From Squalus acanthias (taxonomy: Eukaryota): a stretch of 64,000 nt of DNA. The translations under genes were made by a program, and so were the position numbers. This document shows, piece by piece, positions 13,031 through 26,249 of the stretch. Every line of letters starts with the position of its first letter. Position 1 is the stretch's first letter. Location: contig CM059438.1 in the NCBI GenBank assembly GCA_030390025.1, positions 70,558,001-70,622,000 of the forward strand. The letters are read 5' to 3'. The notes beneath the pieces were generated by a model that saw only the letters and a program-made list of their open reading frames with translations, made no database searches and had not been told where the DNA came from.

Positions 13031-13649
13031 ATTAGAGAGCAGGATAAGTGATTCTGATCACAAAAGAATTGGTGGTCATTTTTCTAATATTTACCATGTA
13101 CGTGTCATCTATGCCCTTCTGAACATAACATATTGTTCTAGTATATATGATACAGATTCCAGTGCTGGCTGTTAAATGGTGTATATTGACAATTGTGCCC
13201 TTACAGTACCACATCCACAGTGTATCCCTCCTTTTCCTCTATAATCCGTTAGAACATAGTTTCATGGAGCACATGTTACAGTACACATTTCACAATACTT
13301 GCAGGTAAATGCTGTGAGGGTTGTACTGGTTAAACAGTTCTATACACGAGGGCAAAAGAGGTTCGATGAGGGGGCAGGGATTATCCCTATACAGAGAGCG
13401 CTGAGGGCTTGTAGGGAAGGGAGTGAGGTGCTTCAGTAAGCTATAAAAATAATTGGTCCTGAGTGCTGTCTCCTCAGGAGGCAGCCCTGCATTGGCCCGA
13501 TAGAAGTTAGTATGGGAAATGATTCCAGTAAGTATCTGATAGTTGTATCTTTACAACTGCAATTGGATATTGAAGTCCTTATTAATAATTTATTGAACTT
13601 GCTTTATCGTGAGTAAAACTTTTCCTATAGATGAGAAAAATAACAGATT

Positions 13650-14224
13650 TGGGGAGAAATTCAACTTATAGTTGCCCATTTCTCGCCTGTAGAATGGGTG
13701 TTAGGCTGCCTAATTCTGCGTCGCAATCTGTCACTCTCGATTTGAACCAGATATGCGTCAGATGCCATGTTGGCTTGGGCGTCTTTTAGTTGTCCAGGGC
13801 GCCCGCCTGAAAGGCGTTAGGCTCTTAAATATGCAAATTGGGGTACTACGGCGGATGTAGGACCTCGAATGAGTGAACCTTTTGCCATGCGTGCTCCATC
13901 TAGTTGTACCAGGTCTTGAGTGGCCTAACTAGCAGCTCTTAAAGAGACTGCTGGAGACTGCTCAAGAGAAGGCTGAAGAAATGTTCAGTTTTTATCTTGG
14001 TGGGCCCAGGAGATGCAAGAGTGCTATTTGTGGGCCCACAAAAATACTCCAGCCCACTGCTGCCGTGTTCAAGGACCCCCCTCCCCCGCCCCACCCCTCT
14101 GGATTTCCTACCCCCCACCCCCAACCCCATGTAGCCGGCTTCAAGTGAGGGCTGACCCATTTTCCTGACCAGCATACGGTGTGATCACCCCATCTGTTTT
14201 GGGCGTAAGTCAAATTTCTCCCCC
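13650..14224. mobile_element. Harbinger-type MITE, decayed
   Basis: TIR (T)GGGGAGAAATT/AATTTCTCCCCC. Flanks ATT/AGT form an imperfect TSD. Confidence 0.65.
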
Positions 14225-14279
14225 AGTACTTCAAGTGTTTCCCCGCCTGCTCAGTGAGTACATCCAGTATATTATACAA

Positions 14280-14545
14280 GAATGTCCCTCGTTCAGTTCC
14301 CAGTCTGCGGTGAGTTAGGTGATCTCAGTTGGGGTGAAGCATGTGCCTCAGTGGCCCTGGGTTGTGGAAGATATGAAAGTGCACAGTGTGTCTGTTGGAA
14401 TGAGAACAGGTACAGACTCACTATAATGCCCCCCCATGTGTCAAATAACTACCCAAAACCGACCGTCAAGGCTTACCTATGAATAAGGGCCACTTGCCCA
14501 AAGTACTGAGAGTCCGACCAGCACCTGAGGAACCAGACGCTTGCA
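14280..14545 (+). mobile_element. Second-family SINE fragment
   Basis: GTCTGCGGTGAGTTAGGTGATCTCAG...GTCAAATA...GGCCACTTG matches the family body. Confidence 0.45.
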
Positions 14546-15883
14546 TGGTGTTCAGTGCCTTCAGGAGAGGAGAGAAAGGAAGAGAGAGAAAATTGGCAGA
14601 AAGCAAAAAAAAGATGACCTCATCCAAGAAGCTCAAGGCTGAATCAGCTTCAGCACCAGCAGCAGATTAAGATGCGGGAATGGTGCCAAAAACTGAAGGT
14701 GATGCTGTTTCTCAACAAAATAAAACAACTGAACATGAAGTAAGATGAAAGCTTCTATAGTAAATATTATAAAGCTTAAATCCATCTAAGACTAGAATAT
14801 GGTTCTCCTATATGTGGATCCTTTTCAAGCACCTCTCTCAAACTCCTGGACCGGATATAACAAAAAGCTTCTTAAAGGTGATCCTTTTGTCACCTCTTGC
14901 CTCCAATCTTTCCCTCTTCATCACAAGCTTTCTTATCTCTCTCTGTTTTATGGTCATTGCTCCTCTGAGCTTTCCTCTATTTCCTTCTAAACTCCAAATC
15001 ACTTATTATCCAGTGCTCTTTCTCTTCCCGAAATCCTGACTGTGTTGAAATCAAGAGTTATTGTACTGCGACCAAATTTAACCCATTCTTTCCCAGGATC
15101 TTAAAACTGTGGAACCTCTTATCTACCTACTTGCTACTACAAATTGCCGACTATTAAAACACAATCCTGGTGTCGTCTAACCACGAGTGCTTGATTTATT
15201 TTATGTTCTATTCTGGAATTTTCCACCTTTGTGTTGTATTTCACAATATCCTTGGACCTTCACCTAAATTTCTCAATTTAAAAAAGCACGTACCGTTTTT
15301 CCTTTCTTATCCGGGACTAAAAGAAAAAAAAAAAACAGAATTCCCATTCTTATCAGTGGCATATATGAAATTCCAGTGCTGGAAGGAAAACTCTGGGCGC
15401 GAGCTTAATAAGCCTACTACACAGAACTTGCCTGAAATGTTGGCATCATTTTAATCATTTCAAGTTTTAAAGTTTACCTTTCCCAACTGACGACATGAGT
15501 GGTATCAACAGTTTGTCATGAGACAGTGTCTTGGGGTCAGCTAACTACTGCTGGCTATTGCTTCCAGTTTTAAAGGCAGTTTTCAACCAAGACAGGTGGA
15601 TATTTTTTAAGATTTCAGCCACCTCCGAAAACTAATAATGGAGGCCAGGAGAAGAAGGCGGTAAGCAAATGGTTCAAAAGATGGTTCTAAATCGGGACAA
15701 AATTATTAAAAAGATAGCTTAGTTGGAAAACAAACAGTAAAATTAAAGCTTAAAAATAAAAGATAGAATGGGAAAGAAATGACATTGGAACAGAAAGAGA
15801 TGACAAGACAAGTAGAATTGAAATGTTCAATATTGGTAATTAAGTGCTTATTTTAGTAGCATAGGGTTAACATTGTCATAAAA

Positions 15884-16545
15884 GAAAGAAATAAAGAACT
15901 TGCATTTATATAGCACCTTTCATGATCTCAGGGTGTCCCAAACCATTTACAGCCAGTACTTTTGAAGTATAGTTACTGTTGTAATATAGGGACACACGGT
16001 AACCAATCTGTGCACAGCAAGGTCCCACAAACAGCAATGAAATAAATGACCAGATAATCTGTTTTATGTACAAAAACAGAAAATGCTGGAAATACTCAGC
16101 AGGTCAGGCAACATCTGTGGAGAGAGAAACAGAGTTAACGTTTCAGGTCGATAAGGTCATCGACCTGAAACGTTAATTCTGTTTCTCTCTCCACAGATGC
16201 TGCCTGACTTGCTGAGTATATCCAGCATTTTCTGCTTTTATTTCAGATTTCCAGCATCTGCAGCACTGTATATTGCTTTTGAATCTGTTTTAGGTGTTGG
16301 TTGAGGGATACATGCTGGCCAGAACATTGGGAGAGCTCCCCTGCTCTTCTTCGAATAGTGCCATTAGATCTTTTAAATTCACTTGAGGCATCAGACGGGC
16401 CTCGATTTAACATCTCATCCTAAAAACATCAGTACTGCCCTGAAGTATCAGCCTAGATTATGTGTTCACGTTTCGAGAGTGGGGCTTGAACTCACCACCT
16501 TCTCACGAAGAGGTGCAAGTGCCAACACTGAGCCAAGGGTAACAC
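15884..16545 (-). mobile_element. DeuSINE (SacSINE1-like) interrupted by a palindromic insertion
   Basis: Reverse complement of the 207-662 SINE: AAAG tail at 15884, Deu core about 16300-16420, tRNA head GGGGCTTGAACTC near 16480-16540. Confidence 0.8.
16070..16281. mobile_element. Short foldback (inverted pair) of a PLE-type terminal module
   Basis: About 80-bp inverted arms around 16153. TSD AATCTGTTTTA at 16056-16066 and 16282-16292. Same module as 50918-51020 and 63418-63512. Confidence 0.8.
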
Positions 16546-18708
16546 AAAACCGTCTTAGCAATTCTAAAGTTTCAACAATTGCCAAGTAAGAATGACACAG
16601 CTCAATTTCGGTTGATATTTGTCTTCATATTGCTTCAATAGCAGCAGTAATGTTGAGGAGACGATCTATGAAGGACTGTTCCTTTAATGAAAATCTTGTG
16701 GAATTATAATCATGACGTGATAGCATTGCTGAAGTAATAGCACCTGAAATAAAACAGTGTATAGGAGTGCAGATGGCTTTTATAGGCTTGGAAAATCTGT
16801 CAGGGGGAAAGACAGTGTCATTTGAGTCTTAGCGGATCTCTTGGGAAAGCTGGAAGTGTTGATCTAAGAGACCCGTGGAGCCCGCAGTATTAAACTATCT
16901 TCAGGGTAACCATGGGTAGTGGTAAAACACCTGCTACCTTTCACTCCCTCATGGAGTTATTGGAAGGTGGTAATCATTGCCTCCAATATAGAATTACATC
17001 CTTTATTTATATAGTTTTTGCTTTATCTTTAGACAGTGAGGATGGGAAAATAAGAAAAGGCCTGATTTAGTCGTAAATTTTTGCTGGGTTGGGAATCAAG
17101 CTTTGGACCTGAGTGATTTACTCAATTTTTTTAGCCAAATCTCCTGCCTTGATAATGACTTCACTGTTAGCATCCTTAAGATAATGTCTTCCTCCCTTGA
17201 TAGCTCCTTTCAGTGTCACTGCATTGATGCTCCTTATTTATATCCATTGATTCTCCAGGCTCCTGGATCAACATTTTTACCCCTAGTCTTTTAGATGAAT
17301 TCTTACTGTGACACATTTTCTCAACTTCACATATTCCCTAGATGACTATTCAGCATTCACTTAATTCTATTTCTTGCCACTTACTAACCTCCAGAAAATA
17401 TCTTTCAGAATATATTAGCCATTTTTGTTGCGGAGGGGGGTGGAGGGAAATGACTCAACATTGCAGAAGCTCAATAGATTGTGTCCTTGAAGGGACTGCA
17501 AAACCAACCTGGGTCAAGAGAGGCACAGGCGAAAGCATGTCACCTACTGAATCTTTCAGGAGAGGCTGGGTTGATAGGTAGAGCTGTGAAAGGAGAGGAG
17601 GAAAGTATATTTTAAGTGTTGCTAAAAAATTTTAGAGGGATGAATTTTTGTGTTCAACCAGGGGAAATGGTGAGGAATGGAACATTGAGGTGGTATCTTT
17701 GCTATAGTCACGGAAGCAGGGGTAACAATGTGCAGTGGCATCAACAGCTACTCAAATTCTGCACATCCCTAGTGGCCAGCCTCTGGATTGGGGCTTATTT
17801 TGTATGCAGAGCAAGCTCCCAGCATGTTTTAGGTCTTCTGTTTGCAGCTTGCGTAGTTGGTGGGGGAGGGGTTGCAAAGGTGTAGCACTTAAAACATGCA
17901 TTTAAAAGTGCATTCACTTGCTGCACCGTTAAAGTGGGTTCATTGACTCAATTTTTGCCCAGGTAAAGAAACGGGTATTATTTCATTAGAATTTTGGGGA
18001 TTGGACTTTCCATGGGGTGGAAGCCATTTGAGCCACACTAGTTCAAGAGCAGCAAGACATTCACAGCATGTTGCCTGTTCATGGTAGGCAATGCTATCCG
18101 GTGTTAGGAGGGAAACTAAAGAGCCATTATCAATTACTTCTGCGGGGGCATGTTATGTTTCGAAGTAGGGTGCGCGTGCGTGGTATTGTCAGTGTTGCGA
18201 AGAGACAAGGTAGGACACACAAGATAGAACAGGGTGTGAGGAAGTGCACTGGAAGACACTAGAGTCTTGTCTGGTTGAGATCAGCTGTTTTTTTTATTTT
18301 GTTGATTTAGTCCTGTGCAAGAATTGATTGATTTTTTTTCTTTCCACATCATTTGGTCGAGTACAGTAAATTCGATACCTGATTCTCACATAATGTTGCT
18401 TTCATCTCAGAAATCTCCCCTCCCCTGAACTATTTCACCTCCAATGTCTCTTTTAGTTGGTGAGGAGAGACGTTCTACCCAGCAGATTTCCCTCGCCTAC
18501 CATGACCATGCACCTCAACTCTCAGATGGATTTGTAAAAGGGAATAATGTCACTAACATCCTCCCTCCTAGCCCCAAGGATGAAAAGCTACATTTATACT
18601 CAAACTAGAAGCCCATTGAGAATAGTTTAAATTCATCAATAATGGCGATTTGAAAAAGCAGAGAGCCTTGCATTTTGGACTTGCAGCCATCCGGCTGTAA
18701 AGCAAATC

Positions 18709-19318
18709 GGGCCAGAAATTCAGTGCATTTGCGTCTCTCGTTAGCGCCCCCGGGATTCAGTGGGAGTTCAGCAGCGGCGGTAACCGGTAGCGCCCTGCTC
18801 CGCTGCGCAGGCGACGACGACGTCATCATCGTGCGCAGCGCCTCGTTTTCGCCCCGCCTGCAATATTGGCCCGCGCCCCCTGAATCTGCGCCGGGCGATG
18901 ACAGCAACCGATTCAGGGGACGGGAACGGAGCGGCAGGAGGCTCGTGGGGCGATAACTAAAAAATCGTCCGACTTACTTGTCGCAGCCCGTTGCATCTTT
19001 GAACGCGGGGTCCATGCCGCAATCCAGCAGCCCGGCACTCCTCTTGCTGGCACGGCACCCCGCTCCCCGGTGGTGCAGGTAGAGTCCCGCCGAGTTGTGT
19101 GCTTGGCCCCTCCCCTTTAATGAGGGGAAGAGCCCTTCCATGCGGCAGCGCTACGTGGCCCAGTGCAGAACGCACCGCCCCGATATTAGGGATTAGCGCT
19201 CTAAGAAGGATGTGGAGCACTTGAATTATCGCTCCACTTCCCTCTTGGGGCGCTAAAACTGAAGTTAGCACCAAGGTAATGGTAACAACCCAAAATGGTC
19301 ACTAACAAATTTTCCCCC
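18709..19318. mobile_element. Harbinger-type MITE related to 2448-3158 (opposite orientation)
   Basis: Ends GGGCCAGAAATT...AATTTTCCCCC. Shares GACGTCATC-GTGCGCAGC and GGGGCGCTAA motifs with 2448-3158 and with the left end of 41058-45066. Imperfect TSD ATC/ATA. Confidence 0.7.
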
Positions 19319-19382
19319 ATATGCTTCAGTGTTATTGTACTAAGTCTTGTTCTTCATTATAATGTTTCCCTACATAATAACT

Positions 19383-19699
19383 TTTAGATGAGATGTTAAA
19401 CCGAGGCCCCATCTGCTTTCTCAGATGGATGTAAAAGATCCCATGGCACTATTTCGAAGAAGAGCAGGGGAGTTATCCCTGATGTCCTGGCCAATATTTA
19501 TCCCTCAATCAACATAACAAAAACAGAATGTCTGGTCATTATCACATTGCTGTTCGTGGGAGCTTGCTGTGTGCAAATTGGCTGCCACATTATCTACATT
19601 ACAACAGTGACTAGAAGTCAAAAATACTTCATTGGTTATAAAGCTTTTTGCGACGTCCTGAGGTCATGAAAGGCGCTATAGAAATTCAAGTCTTTCTTT
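19383..19699 (+). mobile_element. DeuSINE, 5'-truncated
   Basis: GATGAGATGTTAAACCGAGGCCCCATCTGC...GATCCCATGGCACTATTTCGAAGAAGAGCAGGGG core plus tail. A second tail piece follows (19700-19755) and resumes at 21426-21477. Confidence 0.8.
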
Positions 19700-19755
19700 A
19701 ATAACAGTGACTGCACTTCAAAAAGTAATTTATTGGTTATAAGGCGTCTTGGGAC

Positions 19756-21425
19756 TCTTAGGAATTTGCAAGTATCCAAAGAATTGTTTCTCTCAATCTC
19801 TGATCTCGCTCTGACCGATCTTACTCACTACATCAGGCCGATGGGTGTGACTGCCTGGTCGGCGGGTTCGCCAAGGTTTTCCCTAGGTACTTCCTACCGT
19901 AGATTCTCTCTCGGGTCCAGTGGTGTCGGTCTCCCTCAAGTGATCTGAGCACCTTACTTTTCTGTGAGTTGAATCGAGTTGCTCTCTATCTCCTTGTACG
20001 ATAGCACCCCCTCATGATCTGGGCCAGATAGATCTCTCTTGTACAGGTATTTCTTCAATCTCCCTAAATGCGGACCAGGTGCGGCAAAGCTCAAGTTAAA
20101 TCATAAGCTGCTTTATTCCACTGAAAGGTGAAAGGTACAGGGCCCTACTTATGATCAGAGTCACTTCGTTCAATTGGTACAACTTATATTATTCACGTAA
20201 TGACACAAAATAAAGAACATGCAACACGATATTCAGTGGGTCATCTTATTTAAGCTAAATAGAAAAATCACTGCATCTTTTCCTACAGCCCAGGGCAGAA
20301 CCTCACTCCCCTCAGTCTCCTGCCCTTTTTAATCTTCTCGTAACAATTAGTTGACTGACTGAACTTTTGGTATCTGTGTTCTGATCTTTTTTAAAAGCCT
20401 GACTCTTTGTCAGATTTTAGTCAAACATAACTTAGCTCATTCTAAGAGCAGAGTCCACTAGCCGAACGCTGCCCTGGCTCCTTCTCATTTCGAATCAATT
20501 GGCTTGTCAAAGATGAGTGCCACATTGGGGCCGGATTTTGCTGTGAGCAGCGAAAAAGGATGCCCGCCATTCGTTAGACTTGCACTTGCCCATAGACTTT
20601 CTGTGAGGGTTTGTACGGCAAGTTGCTGTCAGCAGGACATCCAAACGGGGCGGTGCACTCTACGGGCCATCTGGCAACTGTGTGTCTCCTTAACCAATCA
20701 GATTGAAGAATCGTTAATGAGCAGCGCAGAGTCTGAACCAGGAAGTGTCAGTTAGAATAGTTAATTCAATGTCACGTCAGGTACAGAAAGCAAAATAAAG
20801 AGAGGGACATTTGATTAAGCGAGAGAGATAAGAAATACAGAAAAAAAAGTTAAAAACCTGTTACTTAATTTAAAAAAAAATCTCCAACAATTATTAAAAG
20901 CTGAAGGAATGAGACTCCATACTTGTAAAAGTTAATTTTCAGTGCCAGAGCGGTTTTTGGCAGTAATTAAGACTTATCAAGCCATTAAAATTACGCTTAG
21001 ACTGGAACGGACAAGCCCTAATTTTCTGTGGTGATTTTGGTCTGTATCTACGACATCAGTACAGGAACTTCACGCCGCTCAATGCATTTGAATGGGGAGC
21101 CAGATGGCGAAATGCCATTTTCGCACAGCTTCTGGAGAAGCAGGGCATCTCGGACAGCAACTACTGGATTTTCGTGTTTAACAGCACATGTGTGTTCGTC
21201 GGAAGTTGCTGTCCGATTTACACATCAATAATGGTGTGCGCTGTTCGCCTCACCGTTATTTTCACAGCAAAATCTGGCCCATTGTCTCCATGTTGTCTCA
21301 TACTAACCTGCTAGCCGTGCTGTTTCTCTGATTTTAACCCCTTTCAAGCAATCTTTAACTTAAAATAAACTCATATCTAGGTCCTTATCTGTGGAAAAAT
21401 AGTCAAAAAATGGAGAAACATGACA
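19756..21425 (-). mobile_element. Probable solo LTR (about 0.9 kb net) inserted in a SINE tail
   Basis: Splits a SINE tail with a 5-bp TSD GGGAC/GGGAT. Minus strand begins TGTCA and ends CCTAAGA (CA end mutated). AATAAA on minus near 20111-20116. No coding signal. Confidence 0.6.
20527..21280. mobile_element. Harbinger-type MITE nested in the solo LTR
   Basis: 19-bp TIR GGGCCGGATTTTGCTGTGA / TCACAGCAAAATCTGGCCC (1 mismatch), TSD ATT. Confidence 0.85.
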
Positions 21426-22304
21426 GGGATATCCTGAGGACATTATACGGTGCTATATCAATGCATGTTCTTTCTTTACAAGAAGGCACATGCTCTTATC
21501 TAAACCTCGCATAATCATTAGTCTGTTATAATATCTTCTAGTAAAAAGTCAGAAATTGCAGCCTGGCAGTCTCTGAGCAGAATAATGTTGTAACTGATTG
21601 ATAGCCTTGCAATGAAAGTGCCTGGAATTTTTGTTCTAAGTATCTAAAGCCTTTGTGCCAAATCCTGAGAGTTTAAATTTAGGATTGTGGAATATTGTGC
21701 TGAAGAGGTTGAATTTCTCCTGAAATCAGCCAAAATCTGACTTTTGTTTGCCAATGTAAATCGGTTGTATTATCTGTTGTAGTTCAGATGCATAGCAGAC
21801 TCATTACAAATGTTTCTTCACCCCGTGGGGCAGCGCATTCCTTTATCTACTGGCTGTTACATTCCACCCATACTGCCTACCATCTGTTCTATGAGCTATT
21901 ATGCCATTCCATTAAAAAAAAATAACATTTGCATGTGTGCGACAATACCAAGTTATATAAATGGAGCAGAACCCATTAATGCACTTGCATGGATTTCAGT
22001 GTTAATCCTGGGTAGCAGTGCTGGATCTTAGAATCAACAGTTTTCAAGAATAACTTAGGTTTGACTAGATGTATTTTATTCAAGTCACCAAGAGTGATTG
22101 GATCATGTTTGAACACACTTTCTCAAGAACAGATGCTGTGCTAAAGTCACTTGAGATTGTCATCAAAATCCCCCCCCGACTTTCTCTTTTGATTTTTGAA
22201 CTCAGTGGAAGAGTTAAAAACCGCACTAAACCTTCAATTAGATCCCACCAATACAGTGGCAAGATGCAGTACTGACAACTGACATTTTTTTAAAGATTAA
22301 CGGC

Positions 22305-22690
22305 AAGAACTTAGATTTATATAACGCCTTCAGTGTAGAAAACATCCTAAGCCACTTCACGAGAGGCGTGAGTAAAAATGGATGCCGAGTCAAAGAAAGA
22401 GAGATTAGGAAGGGTGACTTAGTTAAAGAGATGGCCTTTAAGGTGGGTCTTAAACAAGAAGTGGTATTCCAGAGAGGTGAAAAGGTTTAGGGAGGCAATT
22501 CTAGAGAGTGGGAACTGAGTGGCTCAAGGAATATCAACCAATGTTGGGAGCAAAGTTGGGGTAGGGATGCACAAGAGGTCAGGATCAGAAGAAAGGAGAG
22601 ATTGGGAGGAGGGGATTGTCGGGCTGGAGAAGCTACAGAGCTAGGAAGCTCTGTATGGCCGTGGAGGGATTTAAACACAAGGAAAAGGTC
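22305..22690 (-). mobile_element. L2-type LINE 3' end fragment
   Basis: AACTT...ATTTATATAACGCCTT tail and GGAGGGATTTAAACACAAGG (MFKSLHG on minus). Confidence 0.65.
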
Positions 22691-22865
22691 ATCTTCACTT
22701 TGTGGGATGGTTGGTTTGACAATATGAAATGATTAGTCAGAGGTCAGGGGAACTTCAGAGCTTCAACACGCCTTCTCCCCATATCATTCAAGGGGTGGAG
22801 CAGAAACTTATCAACTATCTACTTACCCCTATCATGTGACACTATTCACCATCCCATTATCGAAA

Positions 22866-23110
22866 TTACAACAACATGCATTTATGTAGTGCCTTTAATA
22901 TAGCAAAATACTCCAAGGCACTTCACAGAGGAGAAATGAACCATGTGTGAATCCTTTGCAAGGGGTTAGGAAAAGTGACCATAGGGTTGATCGAAGGGAT
23001 GTGTTTTGAGAAGGGTCCTAAATGTGGGGAGGGAGATAGAGAAGCGAATGTGTTTAGGCAAAGAGTTCCAAAGAGTAGTGGCCAAAGCAGCTGAAGGCTT
23101 TGCCTTCTTA
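22866..23110 (-). mobile_element. L2-type LINE 3' end fragment
   Basis: (AAC)n tail followed by TGCATTTATGTAGTGCCTTTAA. Minus translation TLWNSLPKHIRFSISLPTFRTLLKTH. Confidence 0.7.
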
Positions 23111-25746
23111 GATGTGTGTATTGGTGGATGGATGTGTGGGTCGATGGATGTATGTATGGGTGAATGGATGTATGTATGGGTGAATGGATGTGTGTATGGG
23201 TGAATGGATGTGTGTATGGGTGAATGGATGTGTGTATGGGTGAATGGGTGTGTGTATAAGTGGATGGATGTGTGTATGGGTGAATGGATGTGTGTATGGG
23301 TGAATGGGTGTGTGTATAGGTGGATGGACGTATGTATGGGTGAATGGGTGTGTGTATGGGTGGATGGACGTATGTATGGGAATGGATATATGTATGGGTG
23401 AATGGATGTATGTATGGGTGAATGGGTGTGTGTATGGGTGGATGGGTGTGTGTATGGGTGGATGGACGTATGTATGGGAATGGATAAATGTATGGGTGAA
23501 TGGGTGTGTGTATGGGTGGATGGACGTATGTATGGGTGAATGGATGTATGTATGGGTGAATGGATGTGTGTATGGGTGAATGGATGTATGTATGGGTGAA
23601 TGGATGTATGTATGGGTGAATGGATGTGTGTATGGGTGAATGGATGTGTGTATGGGTGAATGGGTGTGTGTATGGGTGAATGGGTGTATGTATGGGTGAA
23701 TGGGTGTGTGTATGGGTGAATTGACGTATGTATGGGTAAATGGGTGTGTGTATGGGTGAATGGATGTGTGTATGGGTGGATGGGTGTGTGTATGGGTAAA
23801 TGGGTGTGTGTATGGGTAAATGGGTGTGTGTATGGGTGAATGGATGTGTGTATGGGTGGATGGGTGTGTGTATGGGTGGATGGGTGTGTGTATGGGTAAA
23901 TGGGTGTGTGTATGGGTGAATGGATGTGTGTATGGGTGGATGGGTGTGTGTATGGGTGGATGGGTGTGTGTATGGGTGAATGGGTGTGTGTATGGGTGAA
24001 TGGGTGTGTGTATGGGTGGATGGTGTGTGTATGGGTGGATGGTTGTGTGTATGGGTGGATGGTGTGTGTATGGGTGGATGGTTGTGTGTATGGGTGGATG
24101 GTGTGTGTATGGGTGGATGGGTGTGTGTATGGGTGAATGGGTGTGTGTATGGGTGAATGGATGTATGTATGGGTGAGTGGGTGTGTGTATGGGTGAATGG
24201 GTGTGTGTATTGGTGGATGGATGTGTGTATGGGTGAATTGACGTATGTATGGGTGAATGGGTGTGTGTATGGGTGGATGGATGTGTGTATGGGTGGATGG
24301 GTGTGTGTATGGGTGAATGGGTGTGTGTATGGGTGGATGGGTGTGTGTATGGGTGAATGGGTGTGTGTATGGGTGAATGGATGTATGTATGGGAATGGAT
24401 ATATGTATGGGTGAATGGGTGTGTGTATGGGTGGATGGACGTATGTATGGGTGAATGGATGTATGTATGGGTGAATGGATGTGTGTATCGGTGAATGGAT
24501 GTATGTATGGGTGAATGTATGTATGTATGGGTGAATGGATGTGTGTATGGGTGAATGGGTGTATGTATGGGTGAATGGGTGTGTGTATGGGTGAATTGAC
24601 GTATGTATGGGTGAGTGGGTGTGTGTATGGGTGAATGGGTGTGTGTATGGGTGGATGGATGTGTGTATGGGTGAATTGACGTATGTATGGGTGAATGGGT
24701 GTGTGTATGGGTGGATGGATGTGTGTATGGGTGAATGGGTGTGTGTATGGGTGGATGGGTGTGTGTATGGGTGAATGGATGTGTGTATGGGTGAATGGGT
24801 GTGTGTATGGGTGAATGGGTGTGTGTATGGGTGAATGGGTGTGTGTATGGGTGGATGGGTGTGTATGGGTGAATGGGTGTGTGTATGGGTGGATGGTGTG
24901 TGTATGGGTGGATGGTGTGTGTATGGGTGGATGGTGTGTGTATGGGTGAATGGGTGTGTGTATGGGTGGATGGTGTGTGTATGGGTGAATGGGTGTGTGT
25001 ATGGGTGGATGGTGTGTGTATGGGTGAATGGGTGTGTGTATGGGTAGATGGTGTGTGCATGGGTGGATGGTGTGTGTATGGGTGGATGGTGTGTGTATGG
25101 GTGAATGGGTGTGTGTATGGGTGGATGGGTGTGTGTATGGGTGAATGGGTGTGAGTATGGGTGGATGGGTGTGTGCATGGGTGAATGGGTGTGTGTATGG
25201 GTGAATGTGTGTGTGTATGGGTGAATGGGTGTGTGTATGGGTGAATGGGTGTGTGTATGGGTGAATGGGTGTGTGTATGGGTGAATGGGTGTGTGTATGG
25301 GTGAATGGGTGTGTGTATGGGTGAATGGGTGTGTGTATGGGTGAATGGGTGTGTGTATGGGTGAATGGGTGTGTGTATGGGTGTGTGTATGGGTGAATGG
25401 GTGTGTGTATGGGTGAATGGGTGTGTGTATGGGTGGATGGGTGTGTGTATGGGTGGATGGGTGTGTGTATGGGTGGATGGGTGTGTGTATGGGTGAATGT
25501 GTGTGTATGGGTGAATGGGTGTGTGTATGGGTGAATGGGTGTGTGTATGGGTGAATGGGTGTGTGTATGGGTATGTGTATGGGTGAATGGGTGTGTGTAT
25601 GGGTGGATGGTGTGTGTATGGGTGAATGGGTGTGTGTATGGGTGGATGGTGTGTGTATGGGTGAATGGGTGTGTGTATGGGTGAATGGGTGTGTGTATGG
25701 GTGAATGGGTGTGTGTATGGGTGGATGGTGAGTGTATGGGTGGATG
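23111..25746. repeat. G/T-rich minisatellite, about 20-bp unit GGGTGAATGGGTGTGTGTAT with 19-bp and GGAT/GTAT variants
   Basis: Directly visible tandem array of about 2.6 kb. It accounts for the long His/Thr/Pro ORFs in three minus frames. Confidence 0.97.
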
Positions 25747-26249
25747 CTGCTCTTCTTGCATGCTCATTGCGTTGAAATTATGATTATTGCAACATCTCTG
25801 GTCCTTAATTTTGTTTTGTCAGTTTTAATGAGACATGTCAGTCCCAAGGCAGACACTACCCCTGGCCTGTTACTCGCACTGGTAACACAGATAGAATTTG
25901 GTTAAAGGTGCACTGCAAGCAAGAATCCCTATGAAAATACCTTGGTCCATTTGGTAAATAGAAACATTTTAAGAGTTTTGCCCCTCCACTGCAGTCATTA
26001 CAGTATTTGGCTAAAGATCTTCCTGTGAAGCATTTCTACATGGATTACACCTTTGACATTCTCTTAAAATTGCTGCTATCTCTCCTGCCATCTTTGATTA
26101 TTCAGCCATACTGCTGTTTGCACAAAGGAATTTCTGGCACTATGCGCTGATCTGAATAAACTCTGGAAGGAGTCGCTGGTGAAAGACTTCCGGATTTCTG
26201 TGGATTTTAGATTCTAATCAAATTTGAATGCGGATATATATTTTTAATT

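Noticed and set aside
23111..25746. CRISPR-like or telomeric array
   Set aside because: No unique spacers and the unit is not TTAGGG. It is a plain tandem repeat.
22923..25767. 650-933 aa His/Thr/Pro-rich ORFs
   Set aside because: Open in all three minus frames because the minisatellite lacks stop codons on that strand. There is no evidence for a real protein.
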